Origin: an uncultured Candidatus Saccharibacteria bacterium
GTDB lineage: Bacteria; Patescibacteriota; Saccharimonadia; Saccharimonadales; UBA4665
Reading direction: 5' to 3'
Assembly: GCA_963797185.1 (NCBI GenBank)
Contig: CAWCON010000001.1
Coordinates: 7,580 to 71,579 of the forward strand
DNA: 64,000 bases
A model generated the notes under the pieces. It worked only from the letters and a program-made list of their open reading frames with translations, was not told the origin of the DNA and made no database searches. Position 1 is the stretch's first letter. The number at the start of each line of letters is the position of its first letter. Both the position numbers and the translations under genes were made by a program. Of this stretch, positions 10,001-20,546 are shown one piece after another.

Positions 10001-10249
10001 ATGAACTCTATGGACTCCATCGGTAAGTTGTTACAGCAAAAGAATCTGCAGGAACCCGAGGAAGTAGTCGCAATCAAACAGTTTATCGAGTCAACATTTC
10101 ATACTTCTGCTGCCGTCACAGTCAAGACATCGACAATTATCATTACTGCCAGCAGTGCCTCACTCGCCAACGCACTACAGTTACAAACGGTCGCGATACA
10201 AAGACTGATCCGTGATAAAAAAAAGCTAATATTTCGAATCGGTGGCTAA
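10001..10249 (+). CDS. DUF721 / DciA-like small protein
   Basis: The C-terminal pattern TIIITASSASLANALQLQTVAIQRLI...LIFRIGG resembles DUF721. Start chosen at ATG 10001 (or 10010), because the upstream part of the track ORF overlaps fpg. Confidence 0.55.
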   Translation: MNSMDSIGKLLQQKNLQEPEEVVAIKQFIESTFHTSAAVTVKTSTIIITASSASLANALQLQTVAIQRLIRDKKKLIFRIGG

Positions 10250-10806
10250 ACTTCTAGTAGACGATTAATTGATTGTTCCATCTGTTCAAATGTTTCATAA
10301 GTAACGGTGTGAAAACCGAGTTCAGCGGCAGCGGCCGTATTACTAGCTTTATCATCAATAAAAATGGTTTGATGAGCATTAACGCGTAGCTTCTCTAATA
10401 AGTGCTCAAAGATGCGCCGATCAGGCTTCATCACGCCCAACTTCGAGGATATGACAATTTCATCAAATATATTCGCCAAATCTAGTTTGAGAATCAACGG
10501 CTCTAGGAACTCATGATTAGCGTTAGTAAGTAATGCCGTCTGATAGTGCTCGTGAAGCTGGGCCACAAAAGCGAGAACGCCGGGATGAATACGTTGAGAC
10601 TTGTAAAGTTCGATGATCTCGGACGGCGATTGCCCTGTTTTATCGGCAATACGCTGAATAAAATCCGCCCAATGCATTCTGCCCAAGTTAACATCGCTCG
10701 ATAACTGAGGAAAAGCACCTTGGAGATTTTTGTTATTCTTAACCGACTGCCAGTACTCATCTGAGCAGATAATACCAAAGTAATCAAAAATAACCGCTTT
10801 AATCAT
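10246..10806 (-). CDS. HAD-superfamily hydrolase (atypical motif I)
   Basis: Track ORF of 186 aa with N-terminal VIFDYFGI and motif IV IFIDDKASN. Confidence 0.75.
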   Translation of the reverse strand: MIKAVIFDYFGIICSDEYWQSVKNNKNLQGAFPQLSSDVNLGRMHWADFIQRIADKTGQSPSEIIELYKSQRIHPGVLAFVAQLHEHYQTALLTNANHEFLEPLILKLDLANIFDEIVISSKLGVMKPDRRIFEHLLEKLRVNAHQTIFIDDKASNTAAAAELGFHTVTYETFEQMEQSINRLLEV

Positions 10807-10844
10807 CCTCTTCAGTATAGGCCGCCTCGAGAATTAGCTTTAAT

Positions 10845-11396
10845 TTATAAGCTAACGTTTGAAGTTACTGTGCCGTAATTGGGAATCTGAGCTTGGAATA
10901 AGCTCATAATGAGACCCACATCTCCCTGAAACGTTCCTTGACTTCCACAATTCGTCGCCCAGTAGTTTTGAACCGTGCTTGGACCATTGATTATCTCAAA
11001 GTTATAAGTGTCACCTTGAGCACAAAAACCCCTGTCGTCTGTTAAGTTAGGGTTTGAATTACCGTCAGTAAAGCCTGCCGAGTCAATCGCACGCAGAAAG
11101 ACGGCATAAGCTGACTCATTGTTTTGGTATGTTTGTGTGTTGATAATAGTCCCCTGGTAGCCTTGGATAATGTTTATTTGGTTGGCGGTCTGACCAATGG
11201 TGACTTGTACTTCTTTGTGATTTTGATCAGCTACTACTGGTCCACTAATCGTTATCTGCATAACAGCATTGGTTGTTGCGTAATCGATAAGAGGTTTCTT
11301 GGGGGCAACGTTGGAACTGCTAAAGTTTTTAAGCAGCAGAACAAAGATCAGTACGATTAGCCCTATGCCGATTAAGAAAAGTAGTAAATATCTCAT
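10845..11396 (-). CDS. Membrane-anchored or secreted hypothetical protein
   Basis: Track ORF of 183 aa with N-terminal signal anchor MRYLLLFLIGIGLIVLIFVLLL. No recognisable domain. Confidence 0.6.
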   Translation of the reverse strand: MRYLLLFLIGIGLIVLIFVLLLKNFSSSNVAPKKPLIDYATTNAVMQITISGPVVADQNHKEVQVTIGQTANQINIIQGYQGTIINTQTYQNNESAYAVFLRAIDSAGFTDGNSNPNLTDDRGFCAQGDTYNFEIINGPSTVQNYWATNCGSQGTFQGDVGLIMSLFQAQIPNYGTVTSNVSL

Positions 11397-11426
11397 AAAT
11401 CCTCACACATATATCTTTCGTTTAAT

Positions 11427-11455
11427 ATAATATCACAAATCGTGTACTTTTACAA
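11427..11455 (-). promoter_or_regulatory. Sigma-70-like promoter for the 10845-11396 gene
   Basis: Minus strand reads TTGTAA, a 17-nt spacer, then TATTAT, followed by GTGAGGA before the ATG. Confidence 0.45.
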
Positions 11456-11590
11456 CAGTTTATCGTATATGTTCGCGCCAAGTCATAAGCTTGTTAATGT
11501 TGTCCTAGTAAGACAATTCATGGCTTGCCTATCTCGACAAAAACCCGAATAGATACCCAGAAGTAACTGAGTAGTTCTAGAGCTTCGGTT

Positions 11591-14251
11591 CTACAGCTCT
11601 CCCCAGTCTTGACCGATTGATACATCAACGATCAACATAACGGGGAGTTTGTAAATATTCTCCATTGTTTCCTTTAGTAGTGCACCGATCTGAGTAGCCT
11701 CAGCTTTTGGACATTCAACTAGGATTGAGTCATGAATCTGTAGAAGTAGCTCGGCCTTTGGGTATGCGCTGTGAAGTTTCTGGCTGACGGTTACCATGGC
11801 CATCTTCATCAGATCCGCTTCCGTCCCTTGGATTGGCATATTCATTGCTGCACGCTCAGCGGCCGAGCGAACAGCATAATTACTCGATAGGATATCAGGC
11901 ATAGGACGACGGCGACCAAACAACGTTTCAACGTATCCGTCTTTACGGGCTTGTTCTTTAAGTTTGTTTAAGTAATCCAGAAGTGGTTGCCGAAGTGCAA
12001 AATAATGCTCAATAAAGTGTACTGCCTGTTCCCGAGTCATCCCAGTTGCAACACTTAGACCATGGGGGCTCATACCATAGAGGACTCCAAAGTTAATCAC
12101 CTTAGCGGCCCGTCGCATTTGTTTAGTGACATCCTCCGGTTCCCTGCCATACACCTGAGCGGCAGTGGCAGTATGAATATCGGCACCCTCGTTAAACATT
12201 TCTATCATGTCCGTATCGTTAGCAAGCACTGCTGCCAGGCGTAACTCAAACTGCGAATAATCGGCACTTACTAAAGCTTTATTCTTGCCGGCAACAAATG
12301 CCGTACGAATCCTTTTACCCAGTTCAGTCCGAACAGGAATGTTTTGCAAATTGGGATCAGTTGAGCTAAGCCGCCCAGTCTGAGCAATCGTCAAATTAAA
12401 GGTGGTATGGAGACGCGAGTGTTGGTCAACCAATAATGGGAGTGTGTCAACGTACGTATTTTTTAACTTAGTGACTTCTCGGTACTGAGTAATGAGATCA
12501 ATAATAGGGTGAGCATCTCGTAATTTATCCAACTCACTAGCGGCAGTGCTGAAACCCGTCTTCCCTTTCTTGATTCCGCCTTTTGGCAAATTGAGCTTTG
12601 AGAATAATATCTCAGCAAGCTGCGATGGGCTGCTGATATTAAACTCCTGCTCGGCGTAGCCGTAAATCTGCTGTTCAAGATCTGATATAAGATCATTAAT
12701 TTCTAATGAAAACTTCTTTAAATAAGCGATATTGAGTTCGATGCCCGAACATTCCATCTCTGCCAGAACCGGGATAACCGGCCACTCGATATTTTTGACC
12801 AAATCAGGAAATTGAGGCACCGCTTTCAACATAGTGTCTTGTTGCTCATATAACTTTCGTAAGATCCACGCAATCTCACCTCCCCGCTCGGCAAACTCTT
12901 CATTGGTTAAGTCTTCAAAAACTACTGTCTGATAATTCAAATCAGCAATCGCAAGTTCGGTCAGTGTTTGCTCGCGTCGCAGCGAATTGAGGATAAATGC
13001 TCCTACCAATACATCGTGCTCAACCGATGGCAAGGGCAGTCCAAGTTCTATCAGTACTTTCAAAGTAGCTTTAACATCGTAACCAATCACAGACACTTTA
13101 GGGGTTAATACGCTCCGCAGAAAATCGCGCGTGGTTTCAGTTCCGGTTTTTGTAATATCGATGATGAAAGTAGTTTGTGCATTAGGGCTCAATACGATAA
13201 ACCGGGGATCTTGGCCATGCTTCCCTGCGCAGCGGGAATGAACGATCACGCTACTACTGGCCGGAAAAGGATGCTTCTTAATATCACTCGCCGAATTAAT
13301 CATATGAACCGTGGTGGTTGACTGGGCTTTGCCGGCTATCGGTGGCAAATCTTGCCCAGTTGCCTGCATTGCTTCAGGCAGTTGCCGAGCAAGCGTCCGG
13401 AACTCAAGTTTTTGGAGCAACTCCTGGATTTTCTCTGGATCGACTTTACTGCCATCAACTTCTTCCAAGTTAAGCTTCAATGGAGCATCGGTCCAGATAG
13501 CCCCAAGCTGTTTACTGAGGTACGCCAGCTCTTTTCCCGCTTCAAGTTTTTTTCGCAATGAGTCTTTCACAAGACCTAAGTTGTCATATACCCCATCAAG
13601 ACTATGAAATTGTTTAAGCAATTCGATAGCTGTCTTTTCACCAATACCTGGAACACCCGGAATGTTATCGCTCGCGTCACCTTTCAGAGCTTTAAGGTCT
13701 AAGAACTGTTCAACTTTAATGCCGTACTTGGCTTCAAAAGACTCTGGGCTGTAAAGCTCTATATTTGATAAGCCCTTTTTAAGGGCAAAAACTTTCGTTA
13801 ACGGACCGACGAGTTGCAAAGCATCTAAATCACTGGTTACAAGTAACGTTTCAATCCCTTTCTGGTGAGCCTGAACAGCTAATGTCCCCATGAGGTCGTC
13901 GGCCTCATAATCGTCCATCTCATATAAAGGCCAACCAAAAGCAGCGAGTAGTTCATGCAAAACTGGGATTTGTTCATAAAAATCTGGTGGCGGTGGTTTG
14001 CGACCCGCTTTGTATGCGGGATAAAGCTGTAATCGTTTGCGGATGTTAGTTTTAGGTTTATCCCAAGCAACAGCCACATAGTCCGGTTTCAGTCGTTTAA
14101 TAACTTCAAGTGCCATGGTGGCAAATCCAAAAACACCGCCAGTTGGCGTACCGTCCTTGGTGGCAAGGTTCGGCATTGCATAGTAGCCACGGTAAAAAAC
14201 CGACTTACCATCAATAATCGCCAATCGCTTCGGTGACTTCGCCTCACTCAT
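11591..14251 (-). CDS. polA: DNA polymerase I
   Basis: Track ORF of 886 aa with a 5'-3' exonuclease N-terminus, a central domain and family A polymerase motifs (DYSQFELRLAA, RRAAKVINFGVLYG, QIHDSILVE). Confidence 0.97.
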   Translation of the reverse strand: MSEAKSPKRLAIIDGKSVFYRGYYAMPNLATKDGTPTGGVFGFATMALEVIKRLKPDYVAVAWDKPKTNIRKRLQLYPAYKAGRKPPPPDFYEQIPVLHELLAAFGWPLYEMDDYEADDLMGTLAVQAHQKGIETLLVTSDLDALQLVGPLTKVFALKKGLSNIELYSPESFEAKYGIKVEQFLDLKALKGDASDNIPGVPGIGEKTAIELLKQFHSLDGVYDNLGLVKDSLRKKLEAGKELAYLSKQLGAIWTDAPLKLNLEEVDGSKVDPEKIQELLQKLEFRTLARQLPEAMQATGQDLPPIAGKAQSTTTVHMINSASDIKKHPFPASSSVIVHSRCAGKHGQDPRFIVLSPNAQTTFIIDITKTGTETTRDFLRSVLTPKVSVIGYDVKATLKVLIELGLPLPSVEHDVLVGAFILNSLRREQTLTELAIADLNYQTVVFEDLTNEEFAERGGEIAWILRKLYEQQDTMLKAVPQFPDLVKNIEWPVIPVLAEMECSGIELNIAYLKKFSLEINDLISDLEQQIYGYAEQEFNISSPSQLAEILFSKLNLPKGGIKKGKTGFSTAASELDKLRDAHPIIDLITQYREVTKLKNTYVDTLPLLVDQHSRLHTTFNLTIAQTGRLSSTDPNLQNIPVRTELGKRIRTAFVAGKNKALVSADYSQFELRLAAVLANDTDMIEMFNEGADIHTATAAQVYGREPEDVTKQMRRAAKVINFGVLYGMSPHGLSVATGMTREQAVHFIEHYFALRQPLLDYLNKLKEQARKDGYVETLFGRRRPMPDILSSNYAVRSAAERAAMNMPIQGTEADLMKMAMVTVSQKLHSAYPKAELLLQIHDSILVECPKAEATQIGALLKETMENIYKLPVMLIVDVSIGQDWGEL

Positions 14252-14301
14252 ACGTCACAGTATACCGCAACTGACCGCTCTCTGTAGTAAGGGACCGTTT
14301 C

Positions 14302-14904
14302 TTAGTTTGATTGTACTAGGCCGAGGGCATCAGCAACTTGATCGGAAAAAACCTTTAGGTCGTCGCCCTCATTAGTGATGAAGATATCAGCCTCTTTCTT
14401 GACGTCGGCCATACTGAGAGTCGCAGCGTCTCCGGAATGCTGCATTTCAGCCTTCTCCTCGTCCAAAAACTGTTGGTATGATTTACGGTCTTCAGTAGCC
14501 CTCATCGCACCACGCTCCGAGGTGTGCGCTTGAACACGCTGGTAGCGAATTGCTGGGTCAGCATCGAGCCATAGCACCTTGCCATGCAGTTCATGTACCC
14601 TCATCACTTCACCTGGGTTACGTAGACTTGCTATTGCCAGTCCTAAATAACGGTCGGCTGGTTGCTGTTCATAGATTGCGATCGCCCTATCGATGAGTAC
14701 TCCGAGCCCAGACTGTCTTCGCCACTCGGCACTCAACTGACGAAGATTTTCTCGCTCAATCGGTAGCCCCCGCCGAACTAATTCCTCTCGCAATATATCT
14801 GTTACCGAGATAAATAGGAATTTGTAGTTATCGGCAAGGACTTGACCGACAGTATCCTTACCTGAGCCATTTGTACCAGCAATACCAATAAGTTGCATAT
14901 ACAT
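14302..14904 (-). CDS. P-loop nucleotide kinase-like protein (dNMP/NMP kinase-like)
   Basis: Walker A motif GIAGTNGSGKDT near the N-terminus; 200 aa. The exact substrate cannot be called. Confidence 0.55.
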   Translation of the reverse strand: MYMQLIGIAGTNGSGKDTVGQVLADNYKFLFISVTDILREELVRRGLPIERENLRQLSAEWRRQSGLGVLIDRAIAIYEQQPADRYLGLAIASLRNPGEVMRVHELHGKVLWLDADPAIRYQRVQAHTSERGAMRATEDRKSYQQFLDEEKAEMQHSGDAATLSMADVKKEADIFITNEGDDLKVFSDQVADALGLVQSN

Positions 14905-14918
14905 CTATAAGCTATCGA

Positions 14919-16043
14919 TTATTTGATGTAGTCGTGTAACTTACGAGCGTCCCTGTGTTTACGCAATTTTGCGAGAGCCTTGGCTTCAATCTGCCTAATG
15001 CGCTCTCTGGTAACACTGAACTCTTGCCCGACCTCTTCGAGGGTATGCTGCTTACCATCTTCTAAGCCAAAACGTAGCTTAAGTATTTTCTGTTCACGTT
15101 CTGTTAAAGCAGCTAACATGTCTTTTACTTGTTCTTTGAGAAGTTGGTTAGTAGCTGATTCCTCAGGACTGATAGTGTCTTCGTCCTCAATAAAGTCAGA
15201 CAGAACCGACTCTTCTTCATCGTCACGGATATTGGCATCAAGACTAGAGATATCCTGCTTGATCTTCATGATGTGCTCTACTTTATCAACGTCAATCTCC
15301 ATTGCTTGGGCAATTTCCTCATTGGTTGGTTCACGGTTTAACTCTTGGGTCAGCCGCCTTTGGGTGCGGAGTAGCTTGTTAATCGTTTCTACCATGTGAA
15401 CCGGAATACGAATTGTTCGCGCCTGATCAGCGATAGCTCGAGTAATTGCTTGGCGAATCCACCATGTAGCATAAGTCGAAAACTTAAATCCCTTATCTGG
15501 GTCAAATTTCTCCACGGCTCGCAGTAAACCCGTATTGCCTTCTTGAATCAAATCAAGAAGATCAAGTCCTCGCCCAACATAACGCTTCGCGATTGACACA
15601 ACCAATCGTAGGTTAGCAACCGCCATTTTGTCTTTCGCGTCTTTGTCACCAGCCACAACCCGTTTCGCTAGAGCAAGCTCCTCTTCAGCTGAGAGTAGCG
15701 GAATTTGGCCAATTTCTCTTAGAAATAACCGAACAGAGTCATCGGCAATATCATCAAGATAGGTATGGTCGTCAATTACTACCTCTTCGTTGTCTTCAGC
15801 AGCCCACTCATCCGAAAAATCTTCGGTTGTTGGCTCAAGAGCGATAATATCAACGTTCGTATCAGCCAGCTCCGTGTATAAGCTGTCCAGCAACTCTACA
15901 TTTTCTGGTTTATCAGGGATGGCATCGAGAATTTCACGCTGATCAATATGCCCTTCTCGCTTGGCTTTATCAATTAGTTGCCGTTTTGTCTGTTCTAGAT
16001 CAGCAGCGGCGTTGTTATTATTGGCTATTACATCATCAGCCAT
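14919..16043 (-). CDS. rpoD: RNA polymerase sigma factor RpoD (sigma-70 family)
   Basis: Regions 2-4 are present ([49 protein letters not shown]). It sits in a dnaG-rpoD operon arrangement. Confidence 0.96.
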   Translation of the reverse strand: MADDVIANNNNAAADLEQTKRQLIDKAKREGHIDQREILDAIPDKPENVELLDSLYTELADTNVDIIALEPTTEDFSDEWAAEDNEEVVIDDHTYLDDIADDSVRLFLREIGQIPLLSAEEELALAKRVVAGDKDAKDKMAVANLRLVVSIAKRYVGRGLDLLDLIQEGNTGLLRAVEKFDPDKGFKFSTYATWWIRQAITRAIADQARTIRIPVHMVETINKLLRTQRRLTQELNREPTNEEIAQAMEIDVDKVEHIMKIKQDISSLDANIRDDEEESVLSDFIEDEDTISPEESATNQLLKEQVKDMLAALTEREQKILKLRFGLEDGKQHTLEEVGQEFSVTRERIRQIEAKALAKLRKHRDARKLHDYIK

Positions 16044-16046
16044 ACT

Positions 16047-17798
16047 TCACGTCTCCTTCGCTTGTTTTAATAATACGTCTAATTTTTTTGCTTGTTTTAA
16101 TAATGTCTGTGTCTCAGACTCGTTGGCCGTTTCTAGTTGTGAGGCCAGTCTATGTTTTTGGATTTTTACGTATTGCTCAATTAGTCGAGCTTGTAACCGC
16201 GCTGCTTCGTATCGAAGTTCCAGAAGGTCTATGCCTTGGTATAACGCTTCATATTGTAACATTAAAATTTTAACATAATCTGATAGTTGACGCAATTCCG
16301 GTATTACGGTAGGATCGCCTGCAAACTCTAGGTTATTTTTTAAGAAAGCCAGCAATTCTTGCCCAGAATCGGTAAAGAGCATTGTTGATTGAAGGTATAA
16401 GGTAAAATCGCGAAGCTTTGGCTGATGCAACATAAGCGTCAAAAAGTGATCCTGTACCTTAATTGACTCCTCCAACTCTTTATTGACAACCATTGCGTTC
16501 GCCGTTTGCCTCTTCCTGAGTTGCGGCGATGCTTCTGGATGTAGTTTAGTTAACAGAGCCGCCCGACTAACGTCGATTATTTTTGAAATTTTTTCAACGT
16601 AATGTTCCTGCTCAACCGGATCACTCAACAATGCCACTACCTTGAGTACAATATCGCTGAATTGTCGCTTTCCGACCGCACTGCTCAAATCAAGCTCTTG
16701 CCGGTAATGATCTATCAGCCAGTCGATTGCATACTGTGGCTTCTCCAGAGTCTTTTCCCAAGCCGCTGGATCATCACGAATCAGCTCGTCCGGATCCTTG
16801 CCGGCCGGCAAATTGATGATGCATAAGCTAACATTCGCTTTGCTAGCAATTGGGATTGCCCGTTCGGTTGCCTTAATACCGGCTTTGTCGGCATCAAAAC
16901 ACAACCTAACATCGGTCGTGAAACGAACGAGCGTTTTCAGGTGCTGCTCCGTCAAAGCCGTACCCGCCGTTGCCACAACTTGCCGAATACCCGCTTGATG
17001 GCTAGCGATAACATCGAGATTGCCTTCAGTTAATACCGCATAGTTTGACTGGCGAATAGCCTCTTTTGCAAAGTGAAGTCCAAAGATATGTCGACTCTTG
17101 TCATACAGAATAGTCTGGGGAGTGTTAATGTACTTCGGTGCATCCGAGTCGTTATTAAGCAGTCTAGCGGTAAAACCGATAACTCGCCCTTGACCGTCAG
17201 CCAGAGGAATCATCAACCGTTCACGAAACATATCGGCACTTCCCTGGTAACGATTGACACTAAGACCGGCTTGCTTGATCTCCTGGTCGGAAAAATTTCG
17301 TTTCCGTAGAAAAGTAACGAGACTGTTGCCGGCTGCAGGGGCATAGCCAAGCTGCCATTGCAGCGCTGTTGCCTTGCTAAAATTCCGTTTTCTCAGGACA
17401 TAATCGAGCGCTGTTTTATTGCGACTGAATTGGACTTGATAGAACTTAGCCGCAAGTTCCAGTACCTCATACAGGCGCTGTTTTTCTTTAGTACGGCTAG
17501 CGCTGCTGCTGGTACGATACTGGGACAAGTCCACCCCGGCTTTTCTGGCAAGAAGTTCGAGCGCATCTTTAAAATCAAGGCCCTCCGTCTCCATAATGAA
17601 ACTGAATACATTGCCGCCCTTACCAGAACTGAAGTCATGCCAAATTTGTTTTTCGGGACTAACAATAAAACTTGGCGTCTTTTCGTTGCTAAACGGACTG
17701 AGACCACGCCAGTTACGTCCAGCTCGTTTCAGTTGGACGTATTCGCCGATGACATCTTCAATGTTCAAACGGCTTTTGACTTCCTCAATCGCATCCAT
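16047..17798 (-). CDS. dnaG: DNA primase DnaG
   Basis: Track ORF of 583 aa with an N-terminal zinc-binding region, a TOPRIM domain (LTEGNLDVIASHQAG ... CFDADKAG) and synteny with rpoD. Confidence 0.95.
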   Translation of the reverse strand: MDAIEEVKSRLNIEDVIGEYVQLKRAGRNWRGLSPFSNEKTPSFIVSPEKQIWHDFSSGKGGNVFSFIMETEGLDFKDALELLARKAGVDLSQYRTSSSASRTKEKQRLYEVLELAAKFYQVQFSRNKTALDYVLRKRNFSKATALQWQLGYAPAAGNSLVTFLRKRNFSDQEIKQAGLSVNRYQGSADMFRERLMIPLADGQGRVIGFTARLLNNDSDAPKYINTPQTILYDKSRHIFGLHFAKEAIRQSNYAVLTEGNLDVIASHQAGIRQVVATAGTALTEQHLKTLVRFTTDVRLCFDADKAGIKATERAIPIASKANVSLCIINLPAGKDPDELIRDDPAAWEKTLEKPQYAIDWLIDHYRQELDLSSAVGKRQFSDIVLKVVALLSDPVEQEHYVEKISKIIDVSRAALLTKLHPEASPQLRKRQTANAMVVNKELEESIKVQDHFLTLMLHQPKLRDFTLYLQSTMLFTDSGQELLAFLKNNLEFAGDPTVIPELRQLSDYVKILMLQYEALYQGIDLLELRYEAARLQARLIEQYVKIQKHRLASQLETANESETQTLLKQAKKLDVLLKQAKET

Positions 17799-17861
17799 TT
17801 ATCTTCATTGTACCTTACTTGCCTCTGGGAGCATGAAGTCTCTTGTGGTTAAATAAGGACT

Positions 17862-18482
17862 ATGCCGAATGATCAGCCACAATCAACAAACCATTATGAT
17901 TTCTTATATGCACCGCCACCAAAACGCCGGATTTTCAGTAACCAAACCTCTTTTAAGCAACGCTTGCTGTTTGTAGTAGGTGGCGGAGTCGGACTTATCA
18001 TCATTGCGATCATCTTCTTTTCGTTAATTGGCGGGAGCAGTAGCGGTTCCACTTCTGGCTTATTAGCATTAGCCCAGCAACAAACTGAGATGATCAGAGT
18101 AGCCACTGAAGCCGAACCCCAAGTTTCACAGCAGACTACGAAAAATTTTGCTGCTACGACTACGCTAGTGCTTACAAGTGATACGCGGCAATTACAAGCC
18201 TATATGAGCAAGAACGGCCAGAAAGTTACCGCAAAGGAACTATCTGCCAAACAAAGCGCAACTACTGATAGTGATTTAGCATCAGCCCTTCAAAACGGTG
18301 ATTATGACGTCATTTTCTTAGAAATTATGTCCGATGAACTCACTCAATACACAACCACGCTGAAAATAACATACAATGCCGACAATTCAGGCAATTTACG
18401 GTTACTGCTTCAGGACATGTATCATAGCGCCAATCTATTAACGACTCAGGCCAGTGACGCTACGACAGCCGTAAAAGGTTAG
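17862..18482 (+). CDS. Membrane-anchored hypothetical protein
   Basis: Track ORF of 206 aa with a single TM helix (LLFVVGGGVGLIIIAIIFFSLIG). No recognisable domain. Confidence 0.6.
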   Translation: MPNDQPQSTNHYDFLYAPPPKRRIFSNQTSFKQRLLFVVGGGVGLIIIAIIFFSLIGGSSSGSTSGLLALAQQQTEMIRVATEAEPQVSQQTTKNFAATTTLVLTSDTRQLQAYMSKNGQKVTAKELSAKQSATTDSDLASALQNGDYDVIFLEIMSDELTQYTTTLKITYNADNSGNLRLLLQDMYHSANLLTTQASDATTAVKG

Positions 18483-18808
18483 TCGTTGCTTGTTTTTGTT
18501 ACTAACTGATAGCTGTGATTAATTAAATCCTGGACTTCTTGCCAGCCTAGCTGACCGGTTAGCGCTAAAGTATTCCAATGTTTTTTATTGAGATGGTAGC
18601 CGGGCATAACACTTTCATAGCGATCACGCAGTGTTTCTGCTAATTGGGGATCACACTTAAGACTTAGACGAAGTGGTTGACTGCCCTCTTCTATCAGTGC
18701 AAACATCTTGCCTTCGGTTTTGTAAACCGCTACTCCTTTACCAAACGGATAATCGAGCTGCGCGTTTGGCATTGATAGAATATATGCTTCAACTGTTTTG
18801 TGATCCAT
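18479..18808 (-). CDS. MmcQ/YjbR-family protein
   Basis: Track ORF of 109 aa whose pattern YPFGKGVAVYKTEGKMFALIEE...HLNKKHWNT is typical of YjbR-like proteins. Confidence 0.65.
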   Translation of the reverse strand: MDHKTVEAYILSMPNAQLDYPFGKGVAVYKTEGKMFALIEEGSQPLRLSLKCDPQLAETLRDRYESVMPGYHLNKKHWNTLALTGQLGWQEVQDLINHSYQLVTKTSND

Positions 18809-19349
18809 GCTGCAACCATTCGAGGTAATACTGAAGCTCTGCTATCGAAGCTTGAATATCGTCAAATGCCCGGTGAACATCCTTCTTTTCATACTCAAGC
18901 GCATACTTTCCCTGCATTAGAACTTTAAAACTGCTAACATCCAGCATTCGGTAATGCAACAGCGCGTCCACTTCTGGCCACCACTGTTTAATAAACGATC
19001 GGTCGTTATGAATTGAGTTACCGGCTAGGATAGCTGGCTCGTCACCAAATTGCGCCTGAATAAAACCAACGAGTTCATGCTTAACATCGCTCTCTGGCCG
19101 ACCACTTGCCCGCACACGTTCAGTCAATCCGCTCTTGGCATGTTGTTGGGCTGCCCATTCGTTCATTTCAACAAGTTTATCTTCCGGCTGAGAGATAATT
19201 GCTTCGTAACTGGCAAGGGTTTTAAATTGAAAATTTGTTACCTCAACCGCTACTTCTATAATGACGTCTTTCGTAGGACTCAGCCCGGTCATCTCCAAAT
19301 CGACCCACAACAGTTTAGTTGGCAACACATGCTTGTCGATATCCGGCAT
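18789..19349 (-). CDS. orn: Oligoribonuclease
   Basis: Track ORF of 186 aa with DEDDh exonuclease motifs LLWVDLEMTGL, NSIHNDRSF and HRAFDD. Confidence 0.9.
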   Translation of the reverse strand: MPDIDKHVLPTKLLWVDLEMTGLSPTKDVIIEVAVEVTNFQFKTLASYEAIISQPEDKLVEMNEWAAQQHAKSGLTERVRASGRPESDVKHELVGFIQAQFGDEPAILAGNSIHNDRSFIKQWWPEVDALLHYRMLDVSSFKVLMQGKYALEYEKKDVHRAFDDIQASIAELQYYLEWLQHGSQNS

Positions 19350-19515
19350 ATATACGTAAACTCCTTAGATCATGGCGTAATCTTCGCTCAGTGATTGGCT
19401 CTATAATACCAAATTGTTGCGTGGCATGTGTCCAGAAGTTATAGGTAATGCTGTTCGACTCAGATAACTTCCCCCAAAAAAGACAGTCTCAGGATAACTC
19501 AATTAAAGAGTTAGA

Positions 19516-20112
19516 CTATGAATTGTCCTTTTCGCGAGCCGTCTTCAGAGCATTCGCATACCAGATAAGTTCTTTTAGAAGATTATCGAGCGCCGTCTGC
19601 GGCCCATGCGGGATTGCCTTGATGTCAGCATTCAGTTCACCATCTTCACTGATTACCTCACCGACACGCCCAGCAACAAATGCGACCGCATCGGGAATAG
19701 GGACTGCTCGTGATTCAGATAAGACTTCTTTGAGAATAACAATAGCTCGAGCACCACCGACGCTGCCGTGAGCAACTAGCGTTACTGGCTTATGATTAAG
19801 TTGCCAGTCAACATAATCAATCGCGTTCTTCAGTACGGCCGACGGTGCGTGGTTGTATTCTGGTGTTACAAAAATTACCGCATCAAAGCCATCAAGTTTC
19901 TTAAGCCACTTTGCAACCGTCTCATCAGGTTTACGGTCGGGATTAAATCGGGGAGAAGCTACCTCGTCAAAAAATGGCATTGGGTAATCAACTAAATCTA
20001 TCAGTTCAGCCTCTACGTCTGGCTGATTTTCAGTGTTACGTAATACCCATTTTGCTAATCGTTCAGTTTTTCGTTCGGGGCGAGTCGCTCCAAGAATAAT
20101 GCCTATTTTCAT
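19516..20112 (-). CDS. NAD(P)H-dependent FMN reductase-family oxidoreductase
   Basis: Track ORF of 198 aa with MKIGIILGATRPERKT and VTPEYNHAPSAVLKNAID, typical of the family. Confidence 0.85.
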   Translation of the reverse strand: MKIGIILGATRPERKTERLAKWVLRNTENQPDVEAELIDLVDYPMPFFDEVASPRFNPDRKPDETVAKWLKKLDGFDAVIFVTPEYNHAPSAVLKNAIDYVDWQLNHKPVTLVAHGSVGGARAIVILKEVLSESRAVPIPDAVAFVAGRVGEVISEDGELNADIKAIPHGPQTALDNLLKELIWYANALKTAREKDNS

Positions 20113-20186
20113 GATAATCCTCCTTTACGTGGTATACTTTGTATAGTAATTAACCAGTATAGATCCTATACTATACTTTGTAAAGT

Positions 20187-20546
20187 ATGAAACCTATCCC
20201 CTCTCACTGCTCTTCAGTTGAACCAACCGATGGATGCGTTGCTAGTGCCATGGAAATTATTGGCAATAAATGGACTGCTCTTATTTTGCGCGATCTAGTA
20301 GATGAACCACGACGATTTGGCGAGTTAGAACAATCCATAAGCGGTATAAGTCCACGGACTTTATCTCAGAGATTGGATGATCTTGAGATGCATTCTATTA
20401 TCAGTAAAAAGAGTTTCGCGGAAGTGCCGCCTCGAATTGAATACAGTCTAACCCCCAAAGGCCGCGACTTAATCCCAATCCTACAACAAATGGGCAACTG
20501 GGGAGCTAAGTATCGCGCCACCAGTGAAGAACACGCTCAGCAGTAG
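20187..20546 (+). CDS. HxlR-family transcriptional regulator
   Basis: Track ORF of 119 aa with CVASAMEIIGNKWTALILRDL...PPRIEYSLTPKG. It is divergent from the FMN reductase, a common pairing. Confidence 0.9.
   Translation: MKPIPSHCSSVEPTDGCVASAMEIIGNKWTALILRDLVDEPRRFGELEQSISGISPRTLSQRLDDLEMHSIISKKSFAEVPPRIEYSLTPKGRDLIPILQQMGNWGAKYRATSEEHAQQ

Noticed and set aside
9976-10077. An N-terminal 34-aa extension of the Fpg ORF.
   Set aside because: Fpg needs Pro2 as its N-terminal nucleophile. The internal ATG at 9975 gives MPELPEVE, and the extension overlaps the divergent DUF721 gene.
11806-11812. Other CUGAUGA heptamers that could seed hammerheads (also 26470-26476 on the minus strand and 28337-28343 on the plus strand).
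   Set aside because: They lie inside polA, the OmpR-type regulator and a hypothetical CDS. No stem II hairpin followed by GAA, and no matching stems I or III, could be drawn.
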